DNA of 40,547 bases from Calditrichia bacterium. GTDB lineage: Bacteria > Calditrichota > Calditrichia > RBG-13-44-9. The DNA is taken from assembly GCA_037381445.1 (NCBI GenBank), contig JARRQT010000031.1:1-40547 (forward strand). Direction: 5' to 3'. The notes beneath the pieces are model-generated. The model ran no database searches. It saw only the letters and a program-made list of their open reading frames with translations, and was not told the DNA's origin. Position numbers and translations under genes: made by a program. Shown here piece after piece: positions 39,976 to 40,547 of the stretch; position 1 is the first letter of the stretch; every line of letters starts with the position of its first letter.

Positions 39976-40547
39976 ATGAAAGCAATGGTCATCACAGGTT
40001 TCGGGGGGCCGGAGGTATTTAAAAAGACCGATCTTGAGAAACCGGTTCCGGGCCCCAATGAACTGCTGGTAAAGGTGTATGCGACGTCTGTCAATCCGGT
40101 TGATTATAAAATCCGCAAGGCAGGTTCATGGGCAGGACTTGAATTGCCCGCGGTTATCGGATATGATGCTTCCGGGGTGGTGGAAGAAATTGGGCCCGGG
40201 GTGCAGGATTTCAGGCCCGGCGATGAAGTATTCTATACGCCGGAGATATTCGGAAAACCGGGGACCTATGCCGAATATCATGTTGTGGATGAAGCGATAG
40301 TCGCCAGAAAACCGTCCAATCTGACCCACGAGGAAGCCGCAGGCATTCCGTTGGCGGGCGGCACCGCCTGGGACGCCCTAATGACCCGCGGTCTTTTGAT
40401 GGCCGGAGAGACCGTGCTGATTCACGGTGGAAGCGGCGGAGTCGGTTCGCTGGCGGTCCAGATTGCAAAGGCGGCCGGGGCCTATGTCTATACCACCTGC
40501 GGAGATTATAGCAAAGACCTGGTCAGGAAACTGGGTGCGGACCGCGC
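39976..40547 (+). CDS. MDR-superfamily (zeta-crystallin/quinone oxidoreductase-like) oxidoreductase, 3'-partial; absent from the ORF track
   Basis: GAGGAGG RBS, then MKAMVITGFGGPEVF..ATSVNPVDYKIR..GYDASGVV..GTYAEY..VLIHGGSGGVGS, open to the window end. Confidence 0.92.
   Translation, partial: MKAMVITGFGGPEVFKKTDLEKPVPGPNELLVKVYATSVNPVDYKIRKAGSWAGLELPAVIGYDASGVVEEIGPGVQDFRPGDEVFYTPEIFGKPGTYAEYHVVDEAIVARKPSNLTHEEAAGIPLAGGTAWDALMTRGLLMAGETVLIHGGSGGVGSLAVQIAKAAGAYVYTTCGDYSKDLVRKLGADR

Noticed and set aside
1..40547. tRNA, rRNA, riboswitch, selenocysteine recoding, integrase or transposase
   Set aside because: No recognisable signatures by eye; a covariance-model scan would be needed to exclude divergent RNAs.

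Overview
Bacterial chromosomal window, roughly 48-50% GC by eye. The gene content (GWxTD protein, peptidase-propeller-Omp85, PEGA protein, Gly-rich repeat protein) suggests an FCB-group diderm such as Calditrichota or KSB1; this is inference only. In order, the window holds: the 3' part of an aconitase-family gene; an MFS transporter; an E. coli-type complex I operon on the minus strand (nuoA-B-CD-E-F-G-H-I-J-K-L-M-N) whose nuoA lacks its 5' end; a divergent Cys/His-rich unknown gene that appears to start at ATC; a minus-strand envelope cluster (Zn-peptidase/beta-propeller/Omp85 fusion, frameshifted BamB-like lipoprotein, PEGA protein, GWxTD protein) with a candidate ~67-nt anti-Shine-Dalgarno sRNA inside it; then a VanZ-domain protein, S9 peptidase, PEP carboxylase, small beta-barrel OMP, SDR, GAF/PAS hybrid kinase, 16-aa Gly-rich repeat protein and a partial MDR-family oxidoreductase. 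No rRNA, tRNA, CRISPR array or intact transposase was seen. The best leads are the translationally coupled non-canonical Omp85 operon, the candidate sRNA and the Cys-rich ATC-start gene. Several lesions may be assembly errors rather than biology. All protein family calls come from motif recognition by eye, not database searches.
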